In this document: one piece after another, positions 44,963 through 53,174 of the stretch
Numbering within the stretch: position 1 is the stretch's first letter
Layout of the letters: every line of letters starts with the position of its first letter
Source of the DNA: an uncultured delta proteobacterium
Lineage (GTDB): Bacteria; Desulfobacterota; Desulfobacteria; Desulfobacterales; SG8-13
Assembly: GCA_963825595.1 (NCBI GenBank)
Contig: CAWGUE010000011.1
Location: forward strand, 25,267 to 89,266
Reading direction: 5' to 3'
Length of the DNA stretch: 64,000 bases
Made by a program: the position numbers and the translations under genes
The notes under the pieces: model-generated
What the model was told of the DNA's origin: nothing
Seen by the model: only the letters and a program-made list of their open reading frames with translations
The model's database searches: none

Positions 44963-46015
44963 TTATCTGCCGCCGGCTCCACCACCTGAACCGCCACCGC
45001 CACCGGATCCACCACCACCGCCCGAGCCACCGCTGCCGCCCGAGCCACCGCTGCCGCCGGACCCCCCGCCTGAACCGTCACCACCACCCGAGCCGCCGCT
45101 GCCGCCTGCTCCGCCACTACCGCCGGAACCACCGCCCGAGCCGCCACTACCACCGGATCCGCCGCCTGAAACACCGCTGCCTTGACCCGAAACACCGGTT
45201 TGCCCGCCGGCGGCTCCCGCTATCCCCTGGAATCCTTTACCTTCCTGCATGGCAGCGGTAAATCCCTGCGCCAGGTTTTGCGGATTGGTGTGCTGGGCCT
45301 GATTCACAAACGCGCTGTGAAGGGCGCTCATATCCTCATGACTGAAGCCCTTGGATAACGCCTGGGCGAGCATGCCGGTAACGGCCTGCGAGGGGACACC
45401 GAGTCGTGAGACGTCGCGGGCGGTCTGAAAACTCTCCAACGCCAGGCTGTAAGCCTGTTCGGCGTTCATGGAACTGGCATGCTGCTGGAGCTGGCCGATA
45501 ATCTCATCGGCATCCGCCTTCGATAACCCGGCAGCGAGGCTGGCCGCCAGGACCTGCCCCAGGTTTTGCGCACGGCTTGGCTGTTCGGTGAGTCTTGCTG
45601 CGTGCTGAAAGGCGAACGAATTCCGTGCCTGGACCGTTTCCATAGCGCCCACAATCAGGGCCGGAGGCACGTTTTTGGCCATGCCCTCGAAGGCCTTGTT
45701 CATGAGTGGTTGCACGGGTGTGCCGCTGATCTTGGCCTCGACCAGCAGTGCGTGGGCCCTCTGCACCTGCTGCTCGTCAAACTGGTGTTGCAGCATGGCC
45801 TTGGTGAGCTCGATAACCGGCTGTGGTGCCAGACCGCTTTGGATGGCCTGCCGGGCGCTGACCTTTACGGCTACCGATGAGTTGGCCGGCAGGCTGTCAT
45901 CGACCGTATCGCCCAGTGCTACCGCAGCAGACAGCAACATAAAAAGCGTCGAAGTTATGGCGATAAAGCGAAAAGATAGGCTTTCAGGCTTTTGGTGAAG
46001 CGTTGAAGCTATCAT
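44963..46015 (-). CDS. Secreted helical protein with ~95-residue (Gly-Gly-Ser)n C-terminal tail
   Basis: Hydrophobic N-terminal segment FIAITSTLFMLLSAAVALG, and an Ala/Gln-rich helical body with internal repeats. The tail is GVSGQGSGVSGGGSGGSGGSGGGSGGSGGAGGSGGSGGGDGSGGGSGGSGG... Confidence 0.6.
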   Translation of the reverse strand: MIASTLHQKPESLSFRFIAITSTLFMLLSAAVALGDTVDDSLPANSSVAVKVSARQAIQSGLAPQPVIELTKAMLQHQFDEQQVQRAHALLVEAKISGTPVQPLMNKAFEGMAKNVPPALIVGAMETVQARNSFAFQHAARLTEQPSRAQNLGQVLAASLAAGLSKADADEIIGQLQQHASSMNAEQAYSLALESFQTARDVSRLGVPSQAVTGMLAQALSKGFSHEDMSALHSAFVNQAQHTNPQNLAQGFTAAMQEGKGFQGIAGAAGGQTGVSGQGSGVSGGGSGGSGGSGGGSGGSGGAGGSGGSGGGDGSGGGSGGSGGSGGSGGSGGGGGSGGGGGSGGGAGGR

Positions 46016-46048
46016 TGTTGAAAGACCCCTCTTCTTTTGAGTCCGTCC

Positions 46049-46375
46049 CTACTCAGGGACGTAAATACAATTGCGCGAGCCAAAGTCGTCCTTTTCGTAA
46101 AATTTACATTCAGGCACGTACACGGTCCCGTCGACGAGGTAAAAATATCGAAATTCAGAGTTGGCTGCCACGGTAACCGCCCAGCGTGAAGCGCTTATCT
46201 TATTGGCCATATGCGGACTGTAGGCATCCAGTGAAGAGGCGAATGCCACCCCCCGGGCCTCGGGTGCCTTGAGATAGAATGTCACCCGATCCGACTGCCG
46301 CTGGTGATAGTGGGGTGCCGCACACCCGGCAAGGTATAGAGCGGCAACCACGAGTTGGAATATTCGTAGTTTCAC
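46049..46375 (-). CDS. Lipoprotein with glycogen-binding/CBM48 (AMPK beta-like) type domain
   Basis: Lipobox YLAGC. VTFYLKAPEARGVAFASSLDAY...WAVTV..NSEFRYFYLVDGTVYVPE...EKDDFGSRNCIYV follows the AMPK1_CBM-style pattern. Confidence 0.55.
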   Translation of the reverse strand: MKLRIFQLVVAALYLAGCAAPHYHQRQSDRVTFYLKAPEARGVAFASSLDAYSPHMANKISASRWAVTVAANSEFRYFYLVDGTVYVPECKFYEKDDFGSRNCIYVPE

Positions 46376-46932
46376 GTCTTCAGGTTCACGGCCAGAATCG
46401 AGTTCTCGCCGCCGAAATCATCTTTTTCACGAATAGATATCGTTGGGTCGGGGATCCGCTTGTGTCCCTCGATAATGTAGCACAGACGATGTTCGCCGGC
46501 CGGCACTTCGAGAACCGCCTCCCAGTAACCGCTGGTGCCGCTTCTCTTCATGGGCACGGCCGACCAGCCAAGGAAACTGCCGGTGATCTCCACCTGTTTC
46601 ACATCGGGCTGATACAGGACGAACCGGTGCGTCGTCAAAAGAGACACCTCCTGCTGCGGCATTACGAAGAACATTATCAACGCTGCGGCTGCCAGACCGG
46701 CGGCAAACGTGCCGACCGGCCGCAAAAATGGCATCGAAAATCGGCGTTTTTCACGAAATACAACGGTCGGCACGCGGTCGACAACCTCCCCGCGCACCAG
46801 CTTTTCCTGCTGCAGCAGGTCCACGGCGTCGTCTTTAAAGCGCGCCTGTCCATGCACGGTTTCGACGAACACGATCTTTTCATCCAGGTCGAGCTCATCG
46901 TCTATGTAACTGCTTATTAGATATTCTTTCAT
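46372..46932 (-). CDS. Anti-sigma factor: cytoplasmic N-terminus, one TM, periplasmic CBM48-like domain
   Basis: The N-terminus ISSYIDDELDLDEK is typical of anti-sigma factors, and the TM is VGTFAAGLAAAALIMFFV. The C-terminus is FVLYQPDVKQVEITGSFLGWSAVPMKRSG.SGYWEAVLEVPAGEHRLCYIIEG...EKDDFGGENSILAV. It overlaps both the sigma gene and the lipoprotein gene by 4 nt. Confidence 0.7.
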   Translation of the reverse strand: MKEYLISSYIDDELDLDEKIVFVETVHGQARFKDDAVDLLQQEKLVRGEVVDRVPTVVFREKRRFSMPFLRPVGTFAAGLAAAALIMFFVMPQQEVSLLTTHRFVLYQPDVKQVEITGSFLGWSAVPMKRSGTSGYWEAVLEVPAGEHRLCYIIEGHKRIPDPTISIREKDDFGGENSILAVNLKT

Positions 46933-47405
46933 CCTTCACCTGCGTTCATCATTTCCTTGAGTTTCACCCGGGCACGGTGAACCCGGACTTTGACATTACC
47001 CTCACTGGTACCGGTGACCCGTGCGATCTCCCGGTAGGTCAGGTCGCTGCTGACCGCCAGCGATAGGGCATCGCGCTCCTCCGGCGCCAGTTTCTGCATG
47101 GCGGCCAATACCCGGCGGTAGTCTTCGCGCACCAGCAGTTGCGTTTCCGGGTTGGGCTGGGGATTCCCCGGTTCCTCGAACGACGTTGAATCGGTGTCCT
47201 TTTTGCGGTAGCCGTCGATGAGGGCGTTCCTGGCAATGGTGTAAAGCAGGGTCGGGCTTAACTCCGCTTCACCGTACTTTTCCAGGTACCGTGTAAAGCT
47301 CTCCTGCAGGATATCGCTCGACAGGTGGTAATCTCCCGTGCTCCGCATCAGGTATCCAAAAAGCCGATCCCGGTGTTTCCTATAAAATTCCCTGAATTGT
47401 CCCAC
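46929..47405 (-). CDS. ECF-type RNA polymerase sigma-70 family factor
   Basis: Region 2 is LFGYLMRSTGDYHLSSDILQESFTRYL and region 4 is LSLAVSSDLTYREIARVTGTSEGNVKVRVHRARVKLKE. GTG start. Confidence 0.85.
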   Translation of the reverse strand: MGQFREFYRKHRDRLFGYLMRSTGDYHLSSDILQESFTRYLEKYGEAELSPTLLYTIARNALIDGYRKKDTDSTSFEEPGNPQPNPETQLLVREDYRRVLAAMQKLAPEERDALSLAVSSDLTYREIARVTGTSEGNVKVRVHRARVKLKEMMNAGEG

Positions 47406-47962
47406 TGTTATTAATAAAACGGATGAACCGGTAAAAGGTTACAAAATAAGAACCATTTCGGTGCATACCAGTTGAATGTCCTCGGATGCAAGCCAATGCT
47501 TGTCATACTTTAAGGCAACGGTCCGATTATGAAATCAAAAGACGCAAGGGGTACGATAGGAGGGTCAAGCGTTAACTCAGAGAGCTTCTGCCACTTCCCA
47601 GCGAATCCTTGCGCCTTCACGGATTCAGTACAGAAGTCCTCTTTTGATGTAAAGCAAAAAGAGAGTCCCGAACAAAAAGCGGATAAAAATTGATTAGAAG
47701 CCAACTCAAAATTAGGATTTTGGTTAAAGGTCAAGGCGGATTCAAGTTTCCCCGTTGTGCGGGATTCCCCGCCTGATCGATTCTTCTTTGTGGGTCGCAG
47801 CCCGCAGGCATACTGAAGTATGTCGAGGACGTGAAACGAGAAACCAACGCGGAGATTGGGCCAAAAGACCATTTTGAGATGGCATCTAGGCTGTAACAGG
47901 GCACGGTCTGGATGGTAATGCAAGCGTAGTTTGAAGGATCGGTCATTGGATAGAACGTGATG

Positions 47963-49522
47963 CTATGCGTTGATTTGGTATCGATTGATTTTGTTCAGTA
48001 ATCCCTGCCGGGTGAGCCCCAGGATACGCGCTGCCTGGGAGCGGTTTCCCTTTGAGGCTTGCAGGGCCCGTGTCACCATGTGTCGTTCAATTCTTTCTAT
48101 GGCCTCCGGCAATGTCACGTTTTCGGCACTCGCTGCCGGATCTGCGACTCTGGTCCCGGCGATCTTCTCCGACAGATAGGCGGCTTTGATCTCCTTGTCG
48201 TCACCGGCCAGGGTCAAGGCTCTCTCGATCTCATTCTCCAGTTCTCTGATATTGCCCGGCCAGTCAAACTGCATCAACAGTTCCAGCGCCGGCGGCGCCA
48301 GTCGCGCTTTCGGCCGTTTGAATTTTTGGGACAGTTTTTTGATAAAGTGATCAACCAGGATCGGAATGTCCTCCTTTCTGCTCCTGAGAGGAGGCAGCAC
48401 GATAGGAAATACATGCAGGCGGTAGTAGAGGTCGTCTCTGAAACGACCTTTTTTGACTTCCTCCAGGAGATCGCGATTAGAAGAGGCGATCAGCCTGAAA
48501 TCGACCCGGTGATAGCGGTTACCGCCAACAGGCCTGACCTGGCCCTCCTGCAGGACCCTCAAGATCTTGGTCTGCATGGTATGCGGCATGTCGGCGATTT
48601 CATCTAGAAAAACCGTTCCACCGTCCGCCATTTCAAAAAGTCCCTTTTTGTCGACCACAGCACCTGTAAATGCGCCTTTTACGTGACCGAAAAGCTCGCT
48701 TTCGAGTAGATTTTCCGTCAGGGCGCCGCAGTTTTCAGCGACAAAGGGCTTGCCCTTAAAGGGGCTGTTGTAATGGATGGCTTTGGCGAACAATTCTTTC
48801 CCCGTTCCGGTTTCTCCTTGGATGAACACGGTTGTCATCGTCCCGACAACTTTACCCAACAGTTCGAAGACCCTTTTCATGGCCGGACTCGATCCGATGA
48901 TGCCCTGCAGATTGAACCGGTCACGCACCTCCGACATTAGCCTCAGATTTTCTTTTTCCAAATTGTCGGCATGGGCTTTAATGTTGCCATAAAGTTTTGC
49001 ATTTTCGACGGCAATTGCGATGGTACCGGATAAGATTTCCATCAACAGCGAATCTTTTCGGGTAAAAAGCCCGCTGCGCTTGTTCAACGCGTACAATACG
49101 CCGATAATCTCGTTGCGCGATTTTAGCGGCACGCAAATCATGGATCGGGTGATAAAATCCTTTTGGATATCGAGATCGGCAGAATACCTGTCGTCTTTTG
49201 AAACATCAGGAATGGTTACCGGTTGTTTATTGTGATAGACCCATCCGGCCACACCGTAGTCGTCCGAGAACCGCATTTGGGACATATTTTCATCAGCACC
49301 GTTATGTTGTTCTTCGGCCGTGCGGATAAAATAGAATTCCTGGCTTTCAGCATCGTGCAAAGCGATAGATGCCCCCTCAATATCGAAAACCGAATTCATT
49401 TTTTTCAGGATGCTGCGGAGCATCTTGTCCAGATCGTCGATTGCGTGGATTGACGTCGAGAGATCGTACAGGAGGGTCAGGTCATCATTGGTAAGACAGA
49501 CTCCTTGAATCGGCTCGGCCAT
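47963..49522 (-). CDS. Sigma-54-dependent transcriptional activator (GAF sensor + AAA+ + Fis-type HTH)
   Basis: GAF-like N-terminus. The AAA+ core has GETGTGKELFA, the GAFTGA loop (HVKGAFTGA) and ELFGH. The C-terminal HTH is NRSQAARILGLTRQGLLNKI. Confidence 0.9.
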   Translation of the reverse strand: MAEPIQGVCLTNDDLTLLYDLSTSIHAIDDLDKMLRSILKKMNSVFDIEGASIALHDAESQEFYFIRTAEEQHNGADENMSQMRFSDDYGVAGWVYHNKQPVTIPDVSKDDRYSADLDIQKDFITRSMICVPLKSRNEIIGVLYALNKRSGLFTRKDSLLMEILSGTIAIAVENAKLYGNIKAHADNLEKENLRLMSEVRDRFNLQGIIGSSPAMKRVFELLGKVVGTMTTVFIQGETGTGKELFAKAIHYNSPFKGKPFVAENCGALTENLLESELFGHVKGAFTGAVVDKKGLFEMADGGTVFLDEIADMPHTMQTKILRVLQEGQVRPVGGNRYHRVDFRLIASSNRDLLEEVKKGRFRDDLYYRLHVFPIVLPPLRSRKEDIPILVDHFIKKLSQKFKRPKARLAPPALELLMQFDWPGNIRELENEIERALTLAGDDKEIKAAYLSEKIAGTRVADPAASAENVTLPEAIERIERHMVTRALQASKGNRSQAARILGLTRQGLLNKINRYQINA

Positions 49523-49788
49523 CGCCAGTCTCCTTGTCTCTTTTTATAATGAATTATTTGCCTGTCTGCCTAAAAAATATTCATGAAATATGTAGCTTGA
49601 CCACGAAAAGAACCCCAATGGGCTGACTATTAAGTAAGCATATAGATTGAATATATGTCAACTTAATTTACACATGTAAAGGCTCTTTGCAAAAGCCGGC
49701 GTCGCCATAAAACGAGTTATTAAAATAAAACATCACAATACCCGTAGGTTAGTGATGATTCCAGGGTTTCTTCCCGAAAGACGCGTTT

Positions 49789-49804
49789 TGGCATCAAAAC
49801 TGCT
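49789..49804 (+). promoter_or_regulatory. Sigma-54 -24/-12 promoter candidate divergent from the activator gene
   Basis: TGGCAT-caaaa-CTGCT has GG (49790-49791) and GC (49802-49803) at the canonical 10-nt spacing. It lies about 100 nt upstream of the ORF at 49905 and about 270 nt from the activator start. Confidence 0.5.
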
Positions 49805-49904
49805 TTAACATGATTTAGAATTCTTTGGGATTATTGATGAATGCATCTGATAATAGCCGGCTCACCCTGATGGGCGAACTGGCAAAACAGCAGGGAAGGG
49901 TGGC

Positions 49905-50114
49905 ATGGAGACACTGGATGAACTGATCAAAGCCCTATCCGCATCGGAGGTCAGGGTTCGCAACTGCCGGGCGCGGGCGACCTGCACGTGTAAACTATGC
50001 GGGGAGCCGGCCCGGTGGTTCCGGGATGCCGTTTCGGAATTCGAATACCGAATTTCAGCGATCTGCCAGAGATGTCAGGACAGATACTTTCATTCCGGCA
50101 ATGAACGATATTAG
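49905..50114 (+). CDS. Small Cys-rich (zinc-ribbon-like) hypothetical protein, 69 aa
   Basis: C-x6-C-x-C-x2-C ... C-x2-C pattern (NCRARATCTCKLCGE...AICQRCQD). It is preceded by GGGAAGGG and by the candidate sigma-54 promoter. I recognise no family. Confidence 0.35.
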   Translation: METLDELIKALSASEVRVRNCRARATCTCKLCGEPARWFRDAVSEFEYRISAICQRCQDRYFHSGNERY

Positions 50115-50330
50115 AACACATCGCAAAAATAGTCTCTGTGCCCATGGGGGAGCTGTTATGCAGCGACTCAAAATGCTCACATTCGAGCTGCGGGATGCTC
50201 CGCGTTTTCGTCGTTTCAAGCCTTGACCTGAACCCTGATTCTTATTTTTAAGACACGTGCGAATAATACGGCAGCCGGATCCGAAAGGCCCGTCCGGTGC
50301 ACATGGAAGATATCCCGGGGTTGAAAACGA

Positions 50331-50669
50331 CTATTTGTAGTCTTCGCGCACGGGACAGAAAACATCCATAATTTCGCAGTCGGTTATGGCCCGCCCCGAA
50401 TGGGGTACATCTGAGGGGATCGTCACAATCTGGCCGGGGATCATCCGGTAGGTTTCATCCCCAACGGTCAACTCCATTTCACCTTCCGTGATAACGGAGA
50501 CCTGCTCGTGAGGGTGCGCGTGCTCGGGTAAGGTCGATCCGGCGGCAACTGAAAAAAAACCAATGGTCATTTTTTCGCTGTGAACGAATCTGACCTTGAA
50601 CCCTTCAACCGGTTCCCGCTCTTCGATACGATTCAATTCCATGTGTGGCATATCGATTTTCCTTTCCAC
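50331..50669 (-). CDS. Cupin domain protein
   Basis: GSTLPEHAHPHEQVSVITEGEMEL and GQIVTIPSDVPHSG match the two cupin motifs. Confidence 0.8.
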   Translation of the reverse strand: MERKIDMPHMELNRIEEREPVEGFKVRFVHSEKMTIGFFSVAAGSTLPEHAHPHEQVSVITEGEMELTVGDETYRMIPGQIVTIPSDVPHSGRAITDCEIMDVFCPVREDYK

Positions 50670-50854
50670 TTAACCTTCGGTCAAAAGTGTAATTTTCCGT
50701 TTTTTATCAGAGTTTCGAAAAATAAGAAAGCCATAGCCGCAGTGCGTTCTGTATCACGGTTGCCGTCAACTTAAAGATGATTATGATTTCTCGTATCGCC
50801 GATTCGTTGGCGTAATGTCCTGCAAAGGCGGGATTGTCAGCCATGCACAGTGAA

Positions 50855-51090
50855 ACCCCAATTGAGCGTTTCATATTTTCGAAATGTCAAAATTAAAAAA
50901 TTTAGAAGGAATTCAGCCAATTTGATTTTCGAAAATATAAAACTCTACGGGATTTCCAATTTTTATCCGCCACAGGCGGATCACCGCATCTTCCCGTAAG
51001 CGGGATCCGCATAGCCGATCCCGCCGGTGGCGGGACGGAACGACATTTTCTCCCGCGGGGCGGGATTTCGCTATGCTCAACTTGCTCATC
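50855..51090. repeat. Composite repeat (copy d): inverted pair of 34-bp cores plus hairpin modules
   Basis: Left arm accccaattgagcgtttcatattttcgaaatgtc (50855-50888). Degenerate right arm ttgattttcgaaaatataaaactctacgggatt (50922-50954). Then atccgcc-aca-ggcggat, caccgcatc-hairpin-ccgcatag, and gaacgacattttc, which is shared with 33540-33610 (rc). Confidence 0.75.
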
Positions 51091-51244
51091 TGCGGCAACG
51101 TCGCCAAAGGCGAGCATGCCTTATAAATCGCTCGATTCGGGTAAATATTATCATATCGCCACAGGCGTTGAGCCCGGGGGGCATCCACTGCGATTGATGC
51201 GACGGTTCGACCATAAAAAATACAGCCATTTCCAGGAGGGTAGA

Positions 51245-53059
51245 GTGACGAATAAATACGCGGCAAATTGGGATTTAATTAGCTATTTCCCCGCATTCAA
51301 CGGGCCGCATATGCTGAGCTTCAAGTCGGATCTGGATCGAGACCTTACTGGGCTAAAGGTTAAGTTGGATAATTTGACGACCTTCACGGCGGAAAACAGC
51401 GAAACGTGGGCGTCAGTCTTAATCTCGACGGAAAACATCTACAGTCGCCTGGGGCACCTTTCATCATACCTGAGTTGCCTCGAAGCCGCCCATGCGGAAA
51501 ATGAGGACTATACGCTGGAGCGAGCAGGCCTGGTTCGCCGTTACGCGGCTTACGAAAAAAACGAAACCGCTATTCTTAAGGTCTTCAAAAAGCTAACCAA
51601 AAGGGTATTCTATACTTTCTGTGAGCGGTCGGGAATGAAGGATATCCAATTTCATCTCGTGCGTTGGCGGGAGCGAGCCAAATACACCATGTCCCGCAAG
51701 GAAGAGGCACTGGCTTCGGATCTGAACATCGACGGCCTTTCGGCTTGGGGCCGACTGTATGACAAGATTACCGGTAAGCTGGAGTTCGAGTTTGTGTCCA
51801 AAGAAGGCCATGTGCAGCGACGGCCGATATCCCAGTGGCGTTCACTCATGTCACATTCTGACCGGACAGTTGGCCGGGCGGCATTCGAAGGAGGTAACCG
51901 TGCCTGGCGGAGTATTGAAGATGCATGCGCAACGGCCTTAAATGCCATTGCCGGAAGCCGCCTGACCCTCTATCGCCATCGCAAGGTAACACACTATATG
52001 GACCGGGCTTTATTTGAGGCCGCCATCCGTTCCGAAACCCTTGAGGCCATGTATCAGGCTGTACTTCAAAATCTTGACACGGCACGCGAAATTCTGCGGA
52101 TTAAAGCGCGCTTTTTCGGCCGCAACGGGATTTGGTTTTTCGAGCGCGAAGCCCCCTTGCCCCTACCGGATTCGGGCCCCGTGGACTGGCCGCAGGCGGT
52201 TGAGATGGTCCACAGGGCTTTCGCTTCGTCCTACCCCGCGCTGGCCGACTATTTCAGCGGTATGCTGAAAAAGCGTTGGATCGAATCCGAAGCGCGACCA
52301 GGCAAAAGACCGGGCGCTTTTTGCACCGGATCATCTTTGATTGGAGAACAGCGGGTATATATGACCCACAACGGGACTTTGGGTGATGTGACCACGCTGG
52401 CCCATGAAGTCGGTCACGCCTGGCACGGCCACCTCTTGAAAAAAACACGGCCGTTTGCCAGGCGGTATCCCATGACACTGGCAGAGACCGCATCCATATT
52501 TGCCGAACATCTGCTCATCGAAAGTCTATACAAAGATTCGGAGCTTGACCATCGACAGAAACTTGGGCTATTGGACACCGAGTTGACGGCTGCGGCTGTT
52601 TTTTTACTCGACATCACAACCCGGTATGAATTTGAAAAAGCATTTTACGAAGAACGCCAAGAAGGGGAGGTGTCTGTTTCCCGACTCAAGGATCTTATGG
52701 TCGAGACTCAGCGTAGAATTTACGGGAACGCCTTGCTGATCGATGGTGTAGATCCGTACTTCTGGGCTTCAAAACTTCACTTCTTCATCACTGATACGGC
52801 TTTTTATAATTTCCCATATACTTTCGGATACTTGCTGGCTCGGTCGATATTTCAACGGTTTCGTCTCGAGGGCGCGGCTTTTTTACCTGAATACGAGTCG
52901 TTTCTAATGATCTCCGGCAGCAATTCCGTTGAAGAAGTGAGCCGCCGCGCATTGAAATTTGAAATAACCGATCCGTCATTTTGGGCGCAGGAAATTCAGC
53001 GTCTTCAAGAGCCATTGGAAAAATACCGCGAAGAGATGACGCGGGAGCTGGAAGGGTGA
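51245..53059 (+). CDS. M3 family oligoendopeptidase (PepF-related)
   Basis: Zinc motif HEVGHAWHG. An AGGAGG RBS lies 7 nt upstream of an in-frame GTG at 51245. The ORF-track start at 51116 would run into the repeat element. Confidence 0.8.
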   Translation: MTNKYAANWDLISYFPAFNGPHMLSFKSDLDRDLTGLKVKLDNLTTFTAENSETWASVLISTENIYSRLGHLSSYLSCLEAAHAENEDYTLERAGLVRRYAAYEKNETAILKVFKKLTKRVFYTFCERSGMKDIQFHLVRWRERAKYTMSRKEEALASDLNIDGLSAWGRLYDKITGKLEFEFVSKEGHVQRRPISQWRSLMSHSDRTVGRAAFEGGNRAWRSIEDACATALNAIAGSRLTLYRHRKVTHYMDRALFEAAIRSETLEAMYQAVLQNLDTAREILRIKARFFGRNGIWFFEREAPLPLPDSGPVDWPQAVEMVHRAFASSYPALADYFSGMLKKRWIESEARPGKRPGAFCTGSSLIGEQRVYMTHNGTLGDVTTLAHEVGHAWHGHLLKKTRPFARRYPMTLAETASIFAEHLLIESLYKDSELDHRQKLGLLDTELTAAAVFLLDITTRYEFEKAFYEERQEGEVSVSRLKDLMVETQRRIYGNALLIDGVDPYFWASKLHFFITDTAFYNFPYTFGYLLARSIFQRFRLEGAAFLPEYESFLMISGSNSVEEVSRRALKFEITDPSFWAQEIQRLQEPLEKYREEMTRELEG

Positions 53060-53174
53060 TCACGGTGGACGGGTTTGCTCAACGGATGACTTAGACACTG
53101 GCGGTGTTATTGTTAAAGTATAACATGACAAAAACGAAATAAATAATTGTAAATAATTAATAAATTAAATTTAA

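Noticed and set aside
43046-47442. tRNA-Arg as the integration site of a genomic island containing the ECF/low-complexity operon.
   Set aside because: No integrase is present, and no direct repeat of the tRNA 3' end was found downstream by eye. The neighbouring genes look chromosomal.
47418-47442. ECF-type promoter (GTAACC-N15-CGTT on the minus strand) upstream of the ECF sigma gene.
   Set aside because: The motif is plausible, but it would put the transcription start only about 5 nt from the GTG start, implying a leaderless mRNA. This is too weak to list as a feature, so it is mentioned only in the operon finding.
51116-51244. N-terminal 43-codon extension of the M3 peptidase ORF.
   Set aside because: The extension overlaps the end of the composite repeat and has no RBS. 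An in-frame GTG at 51245 has a perfect AGGAGG 7 nt upstream.
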